This document shows positions 14,854-29,844 of a stretch of DNA of 64,000 nucleotides, piece by piece. The notes under the pieces are model-generated. The model searched no databases, was not told where the DNA came from, and saw only the letters and a program-made list of their open reading frames with translations. Made by a program: the position numbers and the translations under genes. The stretch comes from the human T2T-CHM13v2.0 reference genome, Homo sapiens: the NCBI RefSeq assembly GCF_009914755.1, contig NC_060926.1. One strand, given 5' to 3'. The first letter of the stretch is position 1. The number at the start of each line of letters is the position of its first letter.

Positions 14854-17800
14854 GATGTCTGCCTCATTCCATCAGAGTGGCTCTTGCTATATCAGGGGTT
14901 TTGCCTCCCCTGCAAGCTCCTTTATCCAGTCCTTTCCTTCCTAAGCTTTCAGGCCCTGGATGGCATACCTATGGATCAAAGCCAGGTGGGGCAGGGAGAA
15001 CCCCCAGACCCTTTCACGAGGGACCCTTTCTCCTCCAGTGTCTTCAGTGAGAACTTCCCTCTGGGCCAGCCTGCCCATGCACGCTGTGGAAAGGGAGAGA
15101 AGGCCCTGCCTCATTTGGAAATCCTGAGTTTGCAATGTGCTGGTTTACTTGCAATTCTCATGTTCAGAGAATGGGCCCCTTCCTTGGCTAACTTCACACC
15201 TGAGAACATGTCGGGGCATCCCTGCGGACCCAGTGTCTGCTTCACATTTCAAAGGCTGGGAACTGTTAAGCTTGTATTTTGATTAAAATTTTGTATTAGC
15301 GCCCCCCCCCCCTTCAATGTAATTTCAGGATATTTAATTTCAACCAATCATCTGAAGGAAAGTGGGGGGAGGAGGTATCTGATGTGAAACAGCACACGGG
15401 GAAAGCCAGCCAAGTTAGAAAATAGAGCAGCTCGGGGCTGTGTCGATGTGACAACTGAAGTCTCTTTTGTTCTCTCAGGCAGGGTCTGAAACCAAAGCCC
15501 CTCAAGGACAGGAGATCTACCTCTGGGCTTGGAATCAAGAGGACCAGTCGTTTCGGGAGGCCTCCCTGCTACCTTTGGGGCCTTTGGCAAGTCCCTGAAA
15601 GTTTCCAGGTTTCAGCCACCTATTTGGGCTCTGGGGAGAGGAATGCCTACCATTTGCCTCTGGCTCTGGGATTTTAAAAGGAAAAGCAGCAGAGTCTTTG
15701 GAAAAACCAATCTCTGAAGACCCAGGGTGAACATTAGTTACAACACCCTAGCTTCGAGGTGATGTAAACTTCAGGTACGGAGGTTACACTCAGAGGAATA
15801 AAGGAGCATTCGTCAAACATGAGCTCCCCTCGATTGTGGTCTAGGGTGGAGACCAGTTATTCAAGTGTCTGTGGGCCCAGGCAGGTAATGAAAATGTAGT
15901 TATGGGGGAACGCCCGGCTCAGAACAGGCGTAGAGTAAATAGTTGTTGTTGACTGACTGAAGGAATAAAAGTGGGTCTGATATAAGACAATAGGGAATGG
16001 TACAAACCTTGTCAAACTGGAAGGTACATGACTTGAATTTGATGTTCAAACTATTGCTTTTTAAAACACTAGTTTAAACATCTTCTGGCCCTAGAGCTAC
16101 CAATTTGTATCTCTGTATCCACTTTTATATATTTTAGGCCCATTTAAAAGACCAGGAAAGGAGGAAAATAAATCTAGCAGTATAGGACGTTCTTAATCTT
16201 GTCAGTTAACCCTAATTTTAACACCCCATCTCTGTTTGTCATTCTACTTAACCACTTTGGATTAAGCAAATTCAGTCACTTTGGAAATAGTACGTGTGGA
16301 TGGTACCTTACAGGATGAAGGACCATAACAATATTCTCTAGCGCAGGCCTCTACCTCCACAGGGGGACAGACTGATGAGCCAGATCAACTCCTGCATCCT
16401 CTTCCTCAAGGAAAGCCCCCATCAATAAAACCACAAGGTTACAGTGGAGCCAGAGGGAGAGCTGGCCTGAGTTGAGACCTCCTCATGGAACTCATGGCTT
16501 CAGTTTCCTAAAATGGGGATTGTACTCCCCTAGCTCTCCTTGCTTCACAGAGCTGTTTGTGACAACTCATGAGTAATGTTATGTGAAAGGGCTTCACACA
16601 CTGCAGTGTGCTGAATAAATGTAAAGAGTCCATGCTATCCAATTTGGAGACAGAAATTAGAGGACTCCTCCTCACACTAGTTAAGTACATCTCTTAAATT
16701 GCTTGGACTGTTGGCGTGGTTCTCGCCAGAGTTGAATATAATTCCTCTGTTGATGGGTCAGCCTTTATTTCCCCCAGTGCTGTTTCTTACTTGAGTTAAT
16801 GAGTCCAAAGCTCATGTTTGCATGCTACCTCTGACCCTCACTAAGTGCTCACCTGCAGCTCTGCCCTGTCCTCAGAATGATGTGACCCTCAGGGCCAAAC
16901 ACTCCACAGGCTGCACTCTGCCACCTCCAAATCCCCACCAGTGGGTCCAATTCTCAGTCATCTGCTTGTTGTATTTCTGTTGTTTCTGTATTCATGTCAA
17001 GGATATTTGGCTGCAGAATTCCTGCAATATATTTTAGGTGAATGTGCAGCATGATCTTATTCTGGAGTCCAGGAGACTCCACCTAGGATTGCTCACAAGT
17101 AGGTCAAGTGGAGGGGGTGGCTAAGGCCAGTTTTTCTGCCATGACAAGAACTGCTTGCTATGCTGGTGCAGGCAGAGGCTTTAGAGTTATGTTTCCAATA
17201 AAAGGCATAGATTTTCACTGCCTGATGATCAAAGTCAAACTCCTAAGCCTGGAATTTGAGGCTCTCAAAATCTGGCAATATCATTTTTTCCTTCTTCTCT
17301 TCTAGTTTCTTCTGTGCACCACAGGCCTCATGCACCAGGGTGCACCCCCTTCCATGTACATATTCCACATTTTCACACATCAAGCATGCATATGTACAAT
17401 TTATACATACAGTTTCCTCTGATTCTTTTTTGTCCTTAAATGTCTGCCTGCTATCATCATGACCATTTTTAGGGAGAAATGCTTACCCGTACCTCCTATT
17501 TCCACAGAGAGGAGAGGCAAAGTCGAGAGTTTCACCACTCTCTTTAGGAGGAGAAAAGATGGAGGAACATTCCCAGCCCCTGACTCCATCTTTGACTCGC
17601 TCTTCCTAGGAGAAGAGGAGTAACTGGGATCAGAACCTGAGCATACCCAGCTCAGCTCCACCATCCCTCCGTCTTCAGGGCTCCTCCTGCCTGCAGATCA
17701 AGGGCTTCTTGCCTGGCTCCCACTTACTTTCTCCCTGTGGTTGCCGTCTAGAGGCAGTCATGAAGCCCCGTGCTCAGGGCAAGTCCCTCCACGGGGGCAG

Positions 17801-20800
17801 GACTGGCATGAAGGAGTAATGCCCTCTGTAGTGGGAAGGGTGAGAACGTCTGCCTGGGACTGGCCCTGCCCTCATAAGGGTTTATACTGCAAAGGCAGGG
17901 GAAAGAGGCCTGTTCTCCAATCCAGAGTTACCAACTGATAGTTTGAGTTTCTTCCTTCTGGCCCTAGTGCCCATACTGAATTGACTCTGAATCCTCAGAG
18001 GAAGAGAGAAATTATTTATGTCCTAAAACCTCAACAGCTAAATGTCACATCTTCAAAGACGTTTCAGACCTTCCTTGTCAGGTGTGATCATTCCTTCTCT
18101 TTTTCCTCTTCGCGTGTTTCCTGTAGAACTCCAGTTGTGCTTCATTTGCTCATTCTTTAGTTCGACACATATTTACAGGTGAAGACCTGGGATTTCCTTG
18201 CATTTAGGATGTGACGAAAAATCACATTTTTTAAGTTGCGTTTTTTTCAGAAAATCCAAGTCTTCACATTAGTATGGTATAATTAGAACAGAATTGGACA
18301 GAAGGCTTGGATTTAGGTCTCAGATTCAGACCTGCAAGATACTGAGAGCTTCTGAGATTACAGGAATGCTGCTAGGTGCTTTTTGATACAGAATCTTGAA
18401 ATTGTTGGTTTCCTACATTATTTTCTTTTTGGAATGAAGACCACTAAAACTCTAAGACAAAGTGAACAAATGATAGCAAAAATAACAGTAAGGAAACCAT
18501 GATCAGCTCGGGGTCATGTCACCAATAGTTGGCTGGGTCAGGGGTCAGACCCAAGACTCTTGACTCTGAATCCTCTATTCATTCTTTCTGCCTTCTCTCA
18601 CACTCTCTGTGACTCTTGCAGTCCCTCTGCAGAGATAAGAGTAACCCATGAAACAGATCTGTAGCAACATAAGGCAATAAATGATAAATGCCAAAATAAT
18701 TCCTCCTGGCTATGAGTAAACTAAGGATTCCATGAAGGGCGAATCCCCATGGCCGTGGAGATTCATGGCAGCCTTCCTGGAAAAGGCAGGATTGAATTGA
18801 ACCCTGGCAGGAGAATTCTTGGGTAGGGATAGAGGACTGGGAAGAACATTCTAGGCAGAGGATCTCATAGAAACAAAGGAGCACAGGCCAGATAGAGCAA
18901 GAGAAATCCAGGACACAATGAATTTACCAGCCTGGCCTGACCCAAGGTTGGTATCTGGATAAGGATAACATGGGAGGTAAGGCTAGAAAAGACGATTAGG
19001 TCTTTACTTGAGAGGATAGTGGTTTTCAATTTAGGAAGAACCACAGTCTCACCATTTTGAAAATGCCTATACCAGTCCCCAGACCTGCTGAATAAGACAG
19101 GATTTGGGGGAATGAGTTGGAACAATTATTATTTTTCAGTCCTCTATATGTGATTCTAATGCTCAGTGAAGGCCGAAAATCACCAAGAAAGGAAGAAAGC
19201 CCATCAAGCATACACAGAGCCCTATATTTCCATCCAGTCGTCCTAGGGTTCCTCTCTGGCTTTCCATCTGTAACACTGAGTTGGGGCAAACTACTCTCTA
19301 TACCCCATTTTTCTAATTTTTAAGATTGAAACAATAATAAGACTGCCTACCGCCCTCAAAAGCTCATCAGGATGAAAAAGCAAAGTGTTGTATTTGAAAA
19401 TCCCAGACAGATGTGGCATAGGTAGCTGTGAGTTGATTCTTTGACTAGGGAGGTGCTGAAGGCTGCTGATAAAAGTATTGGGGCCGGAAGGGCACCCAGA
19501 GGGATGGATGAAGCACCGAGAGATTGGAGGGTACTGGGTAGCAGCTAAGGCAATGATTCAGGTGTGAGCTGACACAGCCCAGCCATGGTGAGGCCTTGAG
19601 GATAAGTGTGTGGCCACAGGCCAAAAAGATTCAGATTCTCTGTGGGGAACAGCAAGGCACTATCCACACCTAAAAATAAAACTGGCCTGTCTCAACCCTG
19701 GATTGGATACCTCAAATTGCTGAAGGGCAGCAGGACCAAATTCTAATTTTAAGAAAGTCTGCTCTTTGAATGCAGACTCAGAAACAGCTTTGCTGGGGAA
19801 AAATGTCAAATGGTTTGCCAGGATATTGACAGTGTTCCCAAAGACAGGAATAGAAGTACTGAAAAAGGGAATGTCAAGACAGGAGTTCCTGGGGTCTCTA
19901 ACTCCGGAATCTTCCAGCAGGAGAAGGAAAGGCAAGGAACCAAAACCCAGCAAGTTAAAAAATAATAATAATAACAATAGTAATAATAAGACCAAGCTGC
20001 AAATCTACGCTCCTGACACTCCCATCTTGCTCCCACCTGGGCCCCTGGAGCGATTCCCTGTGACCCTTAAAGAGCTACCACCCCTTGGGGTGGTGTCAGG
20101 GACTCCTGCTCCCCTTCCTCCTCCTCTGGCAGCTACAGGCGCCATTATCTCATGAACTTTCCCCATATCCCTTGGAGATAAGTATTTCCTTATGGTAGTG
20201 ATTGTTATTCTCATTTCACAGCTGGAGAGGTGGAGACAGAAGGATAGTCCTGAGAAGAGGGAGACATTTTCTTCCTTTCCTCTGGACTCTGTCATATTCA
20301 AATCATAAAACAGAAAGCACAGGAAAGGTCTCTGAGCATTGTTAAACTCAAGGTAGCAGGGATCAGCACTAAGGGAAGGAAAGGTTATTGTGGGTTTGGT
20401 GTGTTGTAAAATTTATGTTCAAATTTTTTGGGGGGAGATGGTGGATAGTCAATTTCTTTTTATTTTCATACGCCCATTAAAAAAAAGGTGGAATTTCAGA
20501 AATAATCTAATGCAAGCTTCATTTTGCATGTAAGGAAATTGAGGCCCAGAGTGAGAACTTGTTAAACAGGCTGTGACGGGGATGCTGAAGCCCCCTGCTC
20601 CTAGTGGCATTTAGGCCATGCTGTCTGCCACCCTTCAACCTGCTTCACATGCTCTGGGGACTGAGACTCCAGGCAAAGGCACATCCAAGGGTGATGCTGC
20701 CTTGGGTTATCGTGAGAGTCTGGCTAGAGGCCGGACTTCTCTGCAAAGTTTGAGAAACATATTGAAATTATCAAGACTTGGAAGGCAGCCGTCATTTGCA

Positions 20801-23800
20801 CCGAGCTTTCACCGCCTTACCGAGTTCCTAGACTTTAACTATTCAGGGTTTAGCCAGCCCATTGTATTAGTCTCATCAGAAGCCCTGCAATCTTAGGCCT
20901 GTCCCCTAGGCCCAGGGTGAGGTTTCTGGGAGGTATGGGAGCAATCCTGGCCCCACAGACCCCCAACAACTGCCCTAGGGGAGAGAGGATTGTGGGAAAC
21001 CTCCCTGGCCCCTGCGCTGGGAGGGCACAGGCTGGGGGAGTTGGATGCTGCTCTCAGGATGTCTTTAGGTAGGAAGACGGGCCATCCACAGAGAACTATG
21101 GCCTACGAGAGCTTCTGTGGAGGTCGGTGCAAGACGGTCCCTTTCTACACAAATGATTCATTGCTGGAAACTTCACATAATTACACATTTGAATAATTCA
21201 AAGCTAATTTTCTTACAGGCACAAATGTAAAGAAGGATAGATTTCACTTTTGAGACTTGTAAATCTGTAAGTACCATTAGAAAGTGTAACTTTTTTGTTT
21301 TTGCTTTTGAACTTACTTTTATAACAATAAATATAGGATATGCCAATAAGGATTTTCTGAAAATTTAGAGATGTCTGTTTAATAGAGCTTTTCATGTTCA
21401 ATGAGGTTATCTGTAGTGTTTTCCTAAATCAACTGCTCGAGTTATCCTGGCAGATATTTGGTCCTCATCATAGTATTTTATCACATCTAATCCTGTTTCC
21501 TAATGTTTTTATTCTCAGAAATGTTTTTCAGCAAAAGCACTATTTCCACTACTTAATGCACCCTTGGGTGACATTGATATAAGATATAGAAAAAAATTTA
21601 ATTATAAGAACACTGAGTAGTGACAAAAATGACCCCCTGCCAACTCCTTTTGGTAAACAACAGAATGGGCTGGTGACAGATTTGTGCGTGCTAACAAAGA
21701 GACCGTTGCCATGGGGCAGTAGTGAAAACAAAGCTTAAAATGAATTCAGCACTATTGATTATTATGCAATTCTCATTAATTTTATGCATTTTGAAAACTT
21801 AAGTAATTTCCAATTTTGAGCACTTTACAGACTCTTTTTAAATTCCTCCAACTTTCTACCATATGGTACAATATACAAAGTAACATAGAAGTTGTGGGGA
21901 GGAAATGGAACAAAAAAAGAAAGATTAGAATTGGGATTTCAACTCACAACTTTTACTTCTAGACAATTTCACATAGGATTTACCCAGCGATGCATCTCTT
22001 AAAGATGCACCATCCTGACATCCTTGGCTCATTCATCATGCCACCTTGCCTCCTGCAGGGAAAGTCACTGCCAAGAAGACATCACATTGGGCATATTCAT
22101 TTTAATTAGTTCTCCCAATAATACCATGCTACAGATATCTCTATAATTAGATGCCCATCGACTATTGCGTCATTTCCCTGAGTCTACAGTCACCCTGGCA
22201 TTGTGGCCCCTGGAGTCCTAGGTGCCTTGGCAGTTGCAGACTCCAATGTTTCTCTGCTCAGTGCCTTAAGATTTCTCAGCAACTGTCCTCTGCCAGGCTT
22301 CCCAGGCCCCTGCACAAAGAATTAGCCAATGCAGGCATCAAAGTGGAGTTCAGAAAATTGTGCACGCAGCTTAACCTCCTGGCTGCCTCAGCAGCTCTCT
22401 GCTGCCTTCAAGACAATTAATTTTTTTTTAATGTTTTTCTTACTGTTCTCAGCTAGAACAGTGGTTTGCTACAGCTACTGCATCAGAACCAGAAGTGGAC
22501 GTCAACATGTTTTTGAGATTTGTATTATAGTTTGGGTCATTATTTTTAACAGCTGAATATAATTTATATATATAGTACATTGTATTTATTTATAGGTGGA
22601 CGTTTGAATGTTTTCCAACTTTTCACTGTTAAAAACAATGCTGTAATGAATATTCTTGCACATGTCTTCTTGTACACATCTTTGAGAATTCCTCTAAAAT
22701 ATACATCTGGAAGAGGAATTGCAGACCATACAGGCTGCTAATTTTTAATGTAATTATATATTGCCAAATTGCTTTCTAAAGTAGATGAACCACTTTACAT
22801 TTTCACCAGTAGTATGTGAGTGTTTGTGTTTATCACTAGCTTTGATAATTCTTGGTTGTGAAACCATTTAATTTTTGCTAGTCAATTGGAAATAAATTTA
22901 TATCTTCTTTTTCTGATTACTAATGGGGCTCTCCAGCTCATTGCATTTCGGGATTCCTTTTCTGGAAATGCCTGTTCACATCTCTGGTTGATTTTCCATT
23001 GGATATTTGTCTCTTCCTTATGAATGTATTATTTATACAACCTAAATACCAATTAACCCTTAGTCTGCTATATATGTGGCAAATCAATCCACAAGTATCC
23101 ATTGAGAGCCTTCTGCATGCAGTTCTAGGGGCATAAGGGTAAATAAAACAGACTAGGTCTGATTTCCGTGAGGCTTATGTTCCAGTGCAAGAAGACCGAG
23201 CATCATCAGTTTAACACAAAATTAGTAAAATGACATCAAATCAGAAGAAATGCTATAAAAATAAAACAAAAAAATAGAATAGAGAGGGATGGGTATGTCA
23301 GATGTTTTAGGTTGGAGAGGTTACAGAAAAACCTGAAGCAGAAGCTTGAATGAGAAGAGAGAGCCCCATGAAAATAAGGGGATAATGCTTCCCCACATGG
23401 ATGAAAGTCCAAGACCCTGAGGTGGCACCAGCTAGGCACTCAGTGTTTTTTTTTTTTTTTTTCTATGTCTCCATCCTCCAAAGGCCAAGATTTTCTCTAA
23501 TGAGTGCTTTACTCTGTGCTCCAGCAGGGCCACAATTATTGCTATCTGAATCTGAGTTGTGGCAGGCAAGATGTACAGATTATTCTCTGGCACAATAAAT
23601 TGGGTTTAACTCAAGCCCCCCAGCAGTGGTAATAGCTGAAGAAGAAAGCCTTTCTTCCACACAGCACAGTTCATGCTATTTGGAGGGCATCCTGATGAAA
23701 GGCATTGGTACTCTGGATTCAGGTTACCCACATTCATATCCTCCTTCCAGTTTATTAGCTATGAGACCCTAAAGCAAGTTCTCCAAACTCTCTGAGCTTC

Positions 23801-23832
23801 CATTTCTTCTTGTGTAAAATGGAGATCATATT

Positions 23833-24363
23833 TATGGTAGAAAGGCCTCTAAGGTGTCCCCCCAAAGATCCCAGCCTCTTGGTATTCATACTCTTGTGCA
23901 ATTCCCTTCATGGAGTGGACCTAGTAACTTCCTTGTAATTAATGAGAATATCACATAAGTGACAGGATGTCACTTGTGAGATAAGGTTTTAAAAGACTCT
24001 GAAATCAATTTAAATCCATCTTGCTGTCTCCCTTCCTTGCTCTTTATGTGGAAGCAAGCTGCCATATTAAAGGTCTATATGGCAAGAAACAAGGATATCC
24101 TCTTCCCAACAGCCAGCAAGGAACTAAGACCTACCAATAGCCACTGAGTGTGCTTGGAAATGAACCCTACCCTAGTTGAATTGAGGTGACTGTGAGCTGG
24201 CTGATATCTTGATTGCAGCTGTGTGAGAGACCTGGAGCTGAAGGAATCAGACAAGACGTACCTGGATTCCTGACCCACAGAAACGTTGAGATAATAGACG
24301 TGTGTTATTTTAAGTCACTAAAATTTGTGGTAATTCATTATATAGCAGTAAATAATTAGTACA
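23833..24363 (+). mobile_element. MLT1F-type MaLR solo LTR inserted in a MIR
   Basis: tggtag...cctctaaggtgtccccc...gatcccagcctcttggtattcat start; ends ttgtggtaattcattatatagcagtaaataattagtaca. Confidence 0.82.
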
Positions 24364-24405
24364 ATAATAGGACCTTATCATGTCGTTCCAGTGAAGCTGA
24401 AATTA

Positions 24406-24625
24406 CAGATGATTCCTGACTTAACAGTAATTCCACTTACTATTTTTTTTTTTTTTTTTACTTTACTGTGGTGCGAAAGTGATACATATTGATGGAGTTA
24501 TGTCCTGACAAAACCATTGTACAGCGAAAATATTTGGTGGAAAATAAGCATTTTTGACTTAGGATGTTTTCAATTTATGATGGTTTTATCCGACTATAAC
24601 CCCATTGTAAATGAAGGAGAACCTG
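24406..24625. mobile_element. MER47/Tigger5-family MITE
   Basis: TA|cagatgattcctgactt ... aaatgaaggagaacctg|TA: degenerate terminal inverted repeats with TA duplication. Confidence 0.75.
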
Positions 24626-26759
24626 TAACTAACACAAGTGTTAAGGGCACATGGTAAGGGCTCATAAATGTTAGGGGCTGTTCTCCTACTCATTGCCGAA
24701 GAGTTGGGCAGTGGGTGTTTTTACCAAAATTAAGGCTGACAACAAGTCCTGCCTCCTGCAAACCCCCACTGAAGCCCATTGGATCACAGGTCTGACCAAA
24801 GCATTGTTGCAGTTTTAAATCTCAGGAGTGGCTCCTTCAGATGGGCTATCTTGAAAGCACCAGAGTAGTCTTGTCCCTTAGTCCTAAACAACCAAAGGAT
24901 AGAGATGGCCTCGGATTTTAGTACCTTCCTGCTGTTCTCTTCTATTTTCCCAGTACTCCAGCTGCTCTCGGTTCTGATTTTCTCCAGGAAGGCTTTTCAT
25001 ACGGACCCCAGTGAGTTCTCCTTCCTCTGAAAACCTTAGCTATTTTCATTATGGTTATGGTTTTGTATTTCTTTCCACCCTTGTGCAACACTAGCTACCT
25101 GAAGGGGATTTTACACGTGCTTGTCTGACATCGACTCCCTTGGGGGTCTCTTTGGTACCGACGTTCACTTTCACTCTACTGCCTTCTGCCCATCTGCTAT
25201 TCAATTCTTCCCACCCTTGCCCCTGAACTACATGGCAGTGAGTAAGCGTATCCTAAATGTTGGCAGTGCAGTGGCAGTAGATGGCAAGGATGTTTCAGGT
25301 GGTGCTTACAGGTCTCAGGTAACATATGAAACCCGTTTCATTAGTAAAACCAAAACAAGGGGTCCTGTTGCATGCTCCCCCATAGGAAATACTTTACAGC
25401 TTAGGGGATCCACGCTATAAATAACTGTGCCAAGTCTGTGAAGCATATTTTTTTTGTCAGTTTATCCAGATCAGAAGCTTCTGAAAGTCCAAAGCCCTTG
25501 AGATTATTTGCTTTGTAACGATAAGAATGTGCAAGGTACTTCCACATTTATGATGTCATACAGACTCCAAAATAATGCTGGAAGATAGTCAGGAATCATT
25601 AACTCCATTTCATAAATGACTCAGAAGAGGGAGTAACTTGCCCAGGTTTATAAAGGACTGGGGTGGGCTTTATAAGGACAGGGGTGGGCTTGAGTTCAGG
25701 TCTTTTGCATCTAAATGAATATTGACATGGTGAATATTCAGAGTTCTTACTCCGTGCTAGGCCCCACATTGAGTGTTTATACATGTTATCCCATATATAG
25801 TCATATTGCACACTGACGAGTTAAGTTTAGAGAGATTAAGTCACTTGGCCTGGTGACCCACAGCTAGTGAAGGAAGAATTGAGACTGGAACCCAGGTCTC
25901 TGGCTCTAGAGCCTTTGCTTTTACGCACACACCAAGTATCTCCCAACTCCAGAGGTCCTGAGCTTCCCTCACAGGGTGCTGGTGATGCAGTGTCAGAAGA
26001 GAGGAAGATACCCTGCTCAGCCCCACTCAGCCAAGGTAACGCTAATGGTCAGTCAGTCCTCAGAGAGCTGGGATGCCCTTCTTCTCCCTGCTTACCTCTG
26101 CCTGGCCCACCTCTCCTCCCTCAGATCCAGGCCTCTGCAGAGGGCCGGCCCAATTCTGGGAGCATCCTGCCTGCTAAGGTTAGAGAGCTAGGCCTGAAGA
26201 AAAGGGATACATTTTTAGCAATAATAATTATGCAAACCTGGACGTAGAAATATAATCCAGAAGGAGGCTTCATTTGCCCACAAAAGAGCTCTACGTTGAA
26301 GGAGAGGCTTGGAGAATCTTTGCATGTACAATTTATATAAGCAAGCTTCATAATTATATCTTTTTCAATGAAATTAATTTAAAAATATCACTTGGGTATA
26401 AAAGAGACTAGGAAAAAAAATCTGTATAAAAAGCAAATGGGGTTCTTAAACAAGCCCATAAAATCTCTTCATTGACACAGAGATGGGGGTCGGCAAGGAG
26501 ACTTTTCGAAAAATTCTCTAGGTATGAAATACTGGTTAGGAAATGCCCTCTACCTGGTTGGAGGTAGGAAGATGGGGGTTATCAGGACACAGGCCTTGCT
26601 CAGTCCTCAGGGTCTCTCTGTCTAAAAGTTTCCACACTCAAGGGCTCCAGGCCCTCCCTGTACACCACAGGATAAGTGCTGTGATTCTGGAGTCAGAGAA
26701 AGCCAGGGCTGGATTTAAGCTGTGTGCTTTCTTCTCCTACTGAAAATACGGAGAAGTCC

Positions 26760-27390
26760 ATTCTCACCCCTGCAGTCAGAGTGATCCTTCTGAATCAGAT
26801 CAAAGTACTGATCTGCTCAAAATCCTGCGATGGCTCCCCACTTCCCTTAATGGCAGCCTACGTCCTTGGAAGCACTGGCCTGAGGTCCTTTTAAGTTCTT
26901 AGTAGAAACCCAAGCCACCTAAGGTGATAACTGTTAAGCTCCAATCACCCTGACTCATATGCTAACCTTGTTCACTTTTCTCTAGCCACATTGTCCTCCT
27001 GGCTACTTGTCCTCCAACAATGCCAGACGCAGCTCCTACTTGATGGCCCTTGTATTGCTTCTTCCTTGGCCTAACCAATGGGTTCACCTCCTTTATGTCT
27101 CTGCCTACATATAAACTTCTTAATGAGACTCACCCTGTGAAATTATTACTATCTCTGTCTGCACCCCTTTTCCTTCCCTGATTTTTTTCCCTGATCACCT
27201 TCTTGGTATACAATTAATTGATTTGTAAATTTTATTTTTTTTGGATGCCACTTTCCCCTCTAGTTCAATCTACATAAAACTAGAAGTGTTTGTTTGTTTC
27301 AGTCATTAATAGATTCCAAGGACCTAGCATGGTGCTTAACATATAGTACGTGCTTAATAACTTATGGCTGAATTAATGAATGAATGTTTA
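26760..27390 (+). mobile_element. L2 3' end fragment
   Basis: cagagtgatccttctgaatcagatca...cctagcatggtgcttaacatatagtacgtgcttaataa...tgaatgaatg. Confidence 0.75.
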
Positions 27391-28142
27391 ATGCTCACAA
27401 GCCACTTCTTCTCCAAGCCTCCGTTTTCTCTTCTCTAAATGGCAGTAAAAATAATACTGCAATGAACGGCTGCTGCTTTTGTCTACCTGGTATTCCTTCT
27501 ACATTTGATAAGAGAGCTCCTCTTTCCTAAACCCATTTCATGTGGTTCTGATAGCAGCAATCACAGAGTTGCTATGGTCACCCCGGCTGCCCTGGCAATC
27601 AGGGAACACCACCATTTCCCTGGTCATGGTGGTGCACAAAAAGGCATGCGTTTCAAGCAGGGCCAATCCATGAGACTAGGTCAATGCTCTCTGGATGAAG
27701 GGCCATTTGGAGGAGCCTGTGCTGGCAGGGCCATGTGGGCTGTGGCTGTCAGCAGTGATTTTACAAACTCTTGAAGGCAGCTTGCTCGGGATGTAGCCAA
27801 GCAGCATCAGGCAAAGCAGAGAGTTGCCTCGAGAAAGAACAGACCTCGTGCTCTTTTTGAAAATAGGGTCTAGCTGGAAGAGAGCTGAGGCAAACAGACC
27901 CTGGGAATGGACAGGACTAATATGGAGCGACAAACTGCGGAGCCAAAAGCAGAAATTCCTCTGCCTAGGATGGCATCCTTCAATTTTTGCTTGGCAAATT
28001 CCTGCTCATCCTTCAGAACCTCATTTGAGGACTTCTTGCTCCCCTAGATCTCATGGGCTGAATTGATCACGATTCCCTTTGTGCCCCATTGTACCAGGTT
28101 TCAACTGTATCAAATTCATCACTACAAATTGTAGTCATCCAT

Positions 28143-28524
28143 TGTGTTCATTTGCTAGAAATGCCATAACAAAATAGCACAGTCTGGGGGGCTTAATAGA
28201 AATGTATTTTCTCATGGTTCCAGAGGCTGGAAGTCCAAGATCAAGGTGTCGACAGTGACGGTTCCTTCCGAGGCTTCTCTCCACGGCTTCACCCTGTCTT
28301 CACTTGGCCTTTCCTCTTTGTGTGCATCCCTGGTATCTCTGTGTGTGTCTAAATGTCCTTTTCTTAGAAAGACATGAGTCAGATTACATGAGGGCCCACC
28401 CTAATGGCTTCATTTTAACTTATTTACCTCTTTAAAGGCTTTATTTCCAAATGCAGTCACATTCTAAGGTGAGGGTTAGGGATTCAACATATGAATTTAG
28501 AGGGACAAAATTCATCCCACAAAA
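28143..28524 (-). mobile_element. MLT1B-type MaLR solo LTR
   Basis: gccataacaaaatagcacag...gaggctggaagtccaagatcaaggtgtc...ggattcaacatatgaattt...ggacaaaattca. Confidence 0.85.
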
Positions 28525-29461
28525 TCTACTTTCCTACTTCCTCCACCAAGTTACTTGAGGTCAGATGGAAGCTGCTTAATAAATGTTTGATTAAGAAAGG
28601 ATTAACAAGATGAGTGAATGAAGAGAAATCATTGTGCTGCCTCAGGCCTAGATAGATCCTTCCTTTGGCACCAGTGGTCACTTTCTAGTCTCTCCTCAGA
28701 CTGGTCTGGGAAAATTAAGTCTTCCAGAGAAGGCTGAGGTTATTGGAGTTTCTTCTGCCCTGTTTCAGGGTGGGCCAGGTGCCAAGGGGATGCCTACGTG
28801 CCAAAGGCCAAGAATCAGTTTTGTTATTTTAATCCCATTTAAAATCTTTCTAGCCTCTACTCTCTTACTGACTTCCCACATCTGGTAAATTTCCTGAGCT
28901 GTCAATTCTTCTCCTAGAGTAGCTATCACTTCTCTCAATTTTTGTGAGGCTGGCAGAAACCCTGACTAGCTCTTTCTTAGATCAGAGTACCAATCTCCTA
29001 ACTAGCTGGTCTGTCACCACCGTCCCCACTTTAATATACCCTATCCTTGTGATTGTAATCTATCTGAAATCAGTGCCAACTGTGCCATTCATATGCTAAG
29101 AAAGCTCTGATCTGCCCTACTGTCTAAAAGTCTAGGTCCCCTTTACATTCCTCCACATGCCCTTCAGACCTTTTGCGATATTGATTTCATCCATCTCTCC
29201 AGGGTCCTCTGTCGTCTTCAGTCTCCTGCCACACCAAGGCCACGTCTCTGTGCCTCCTCATATGTTTTTCTACAGCCTGCAACACATCTCTTCCCCTTCT
29301 CCCACAAGGATCCCGTGCTTCACAGGCCAACTCAACATTACATGCTTATCCAAAGCTTCCCAAGAACCAAGTTTAGTTATACTTTGAGCTGTTTACCATA
29401 GACTCTACCATTTTGCATTATAGCTTTTTTGTGCATGTGTATGTTTATCTACATCTGCTAG

Positions 29462-29844
<383 letters not shown>

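Noticed and set aside
14833-15282. 149-aa ORF
   Set aside because: No recognisable motifs. Its 5' end coincides with the CTCF motif, and its length is compatible with chance.
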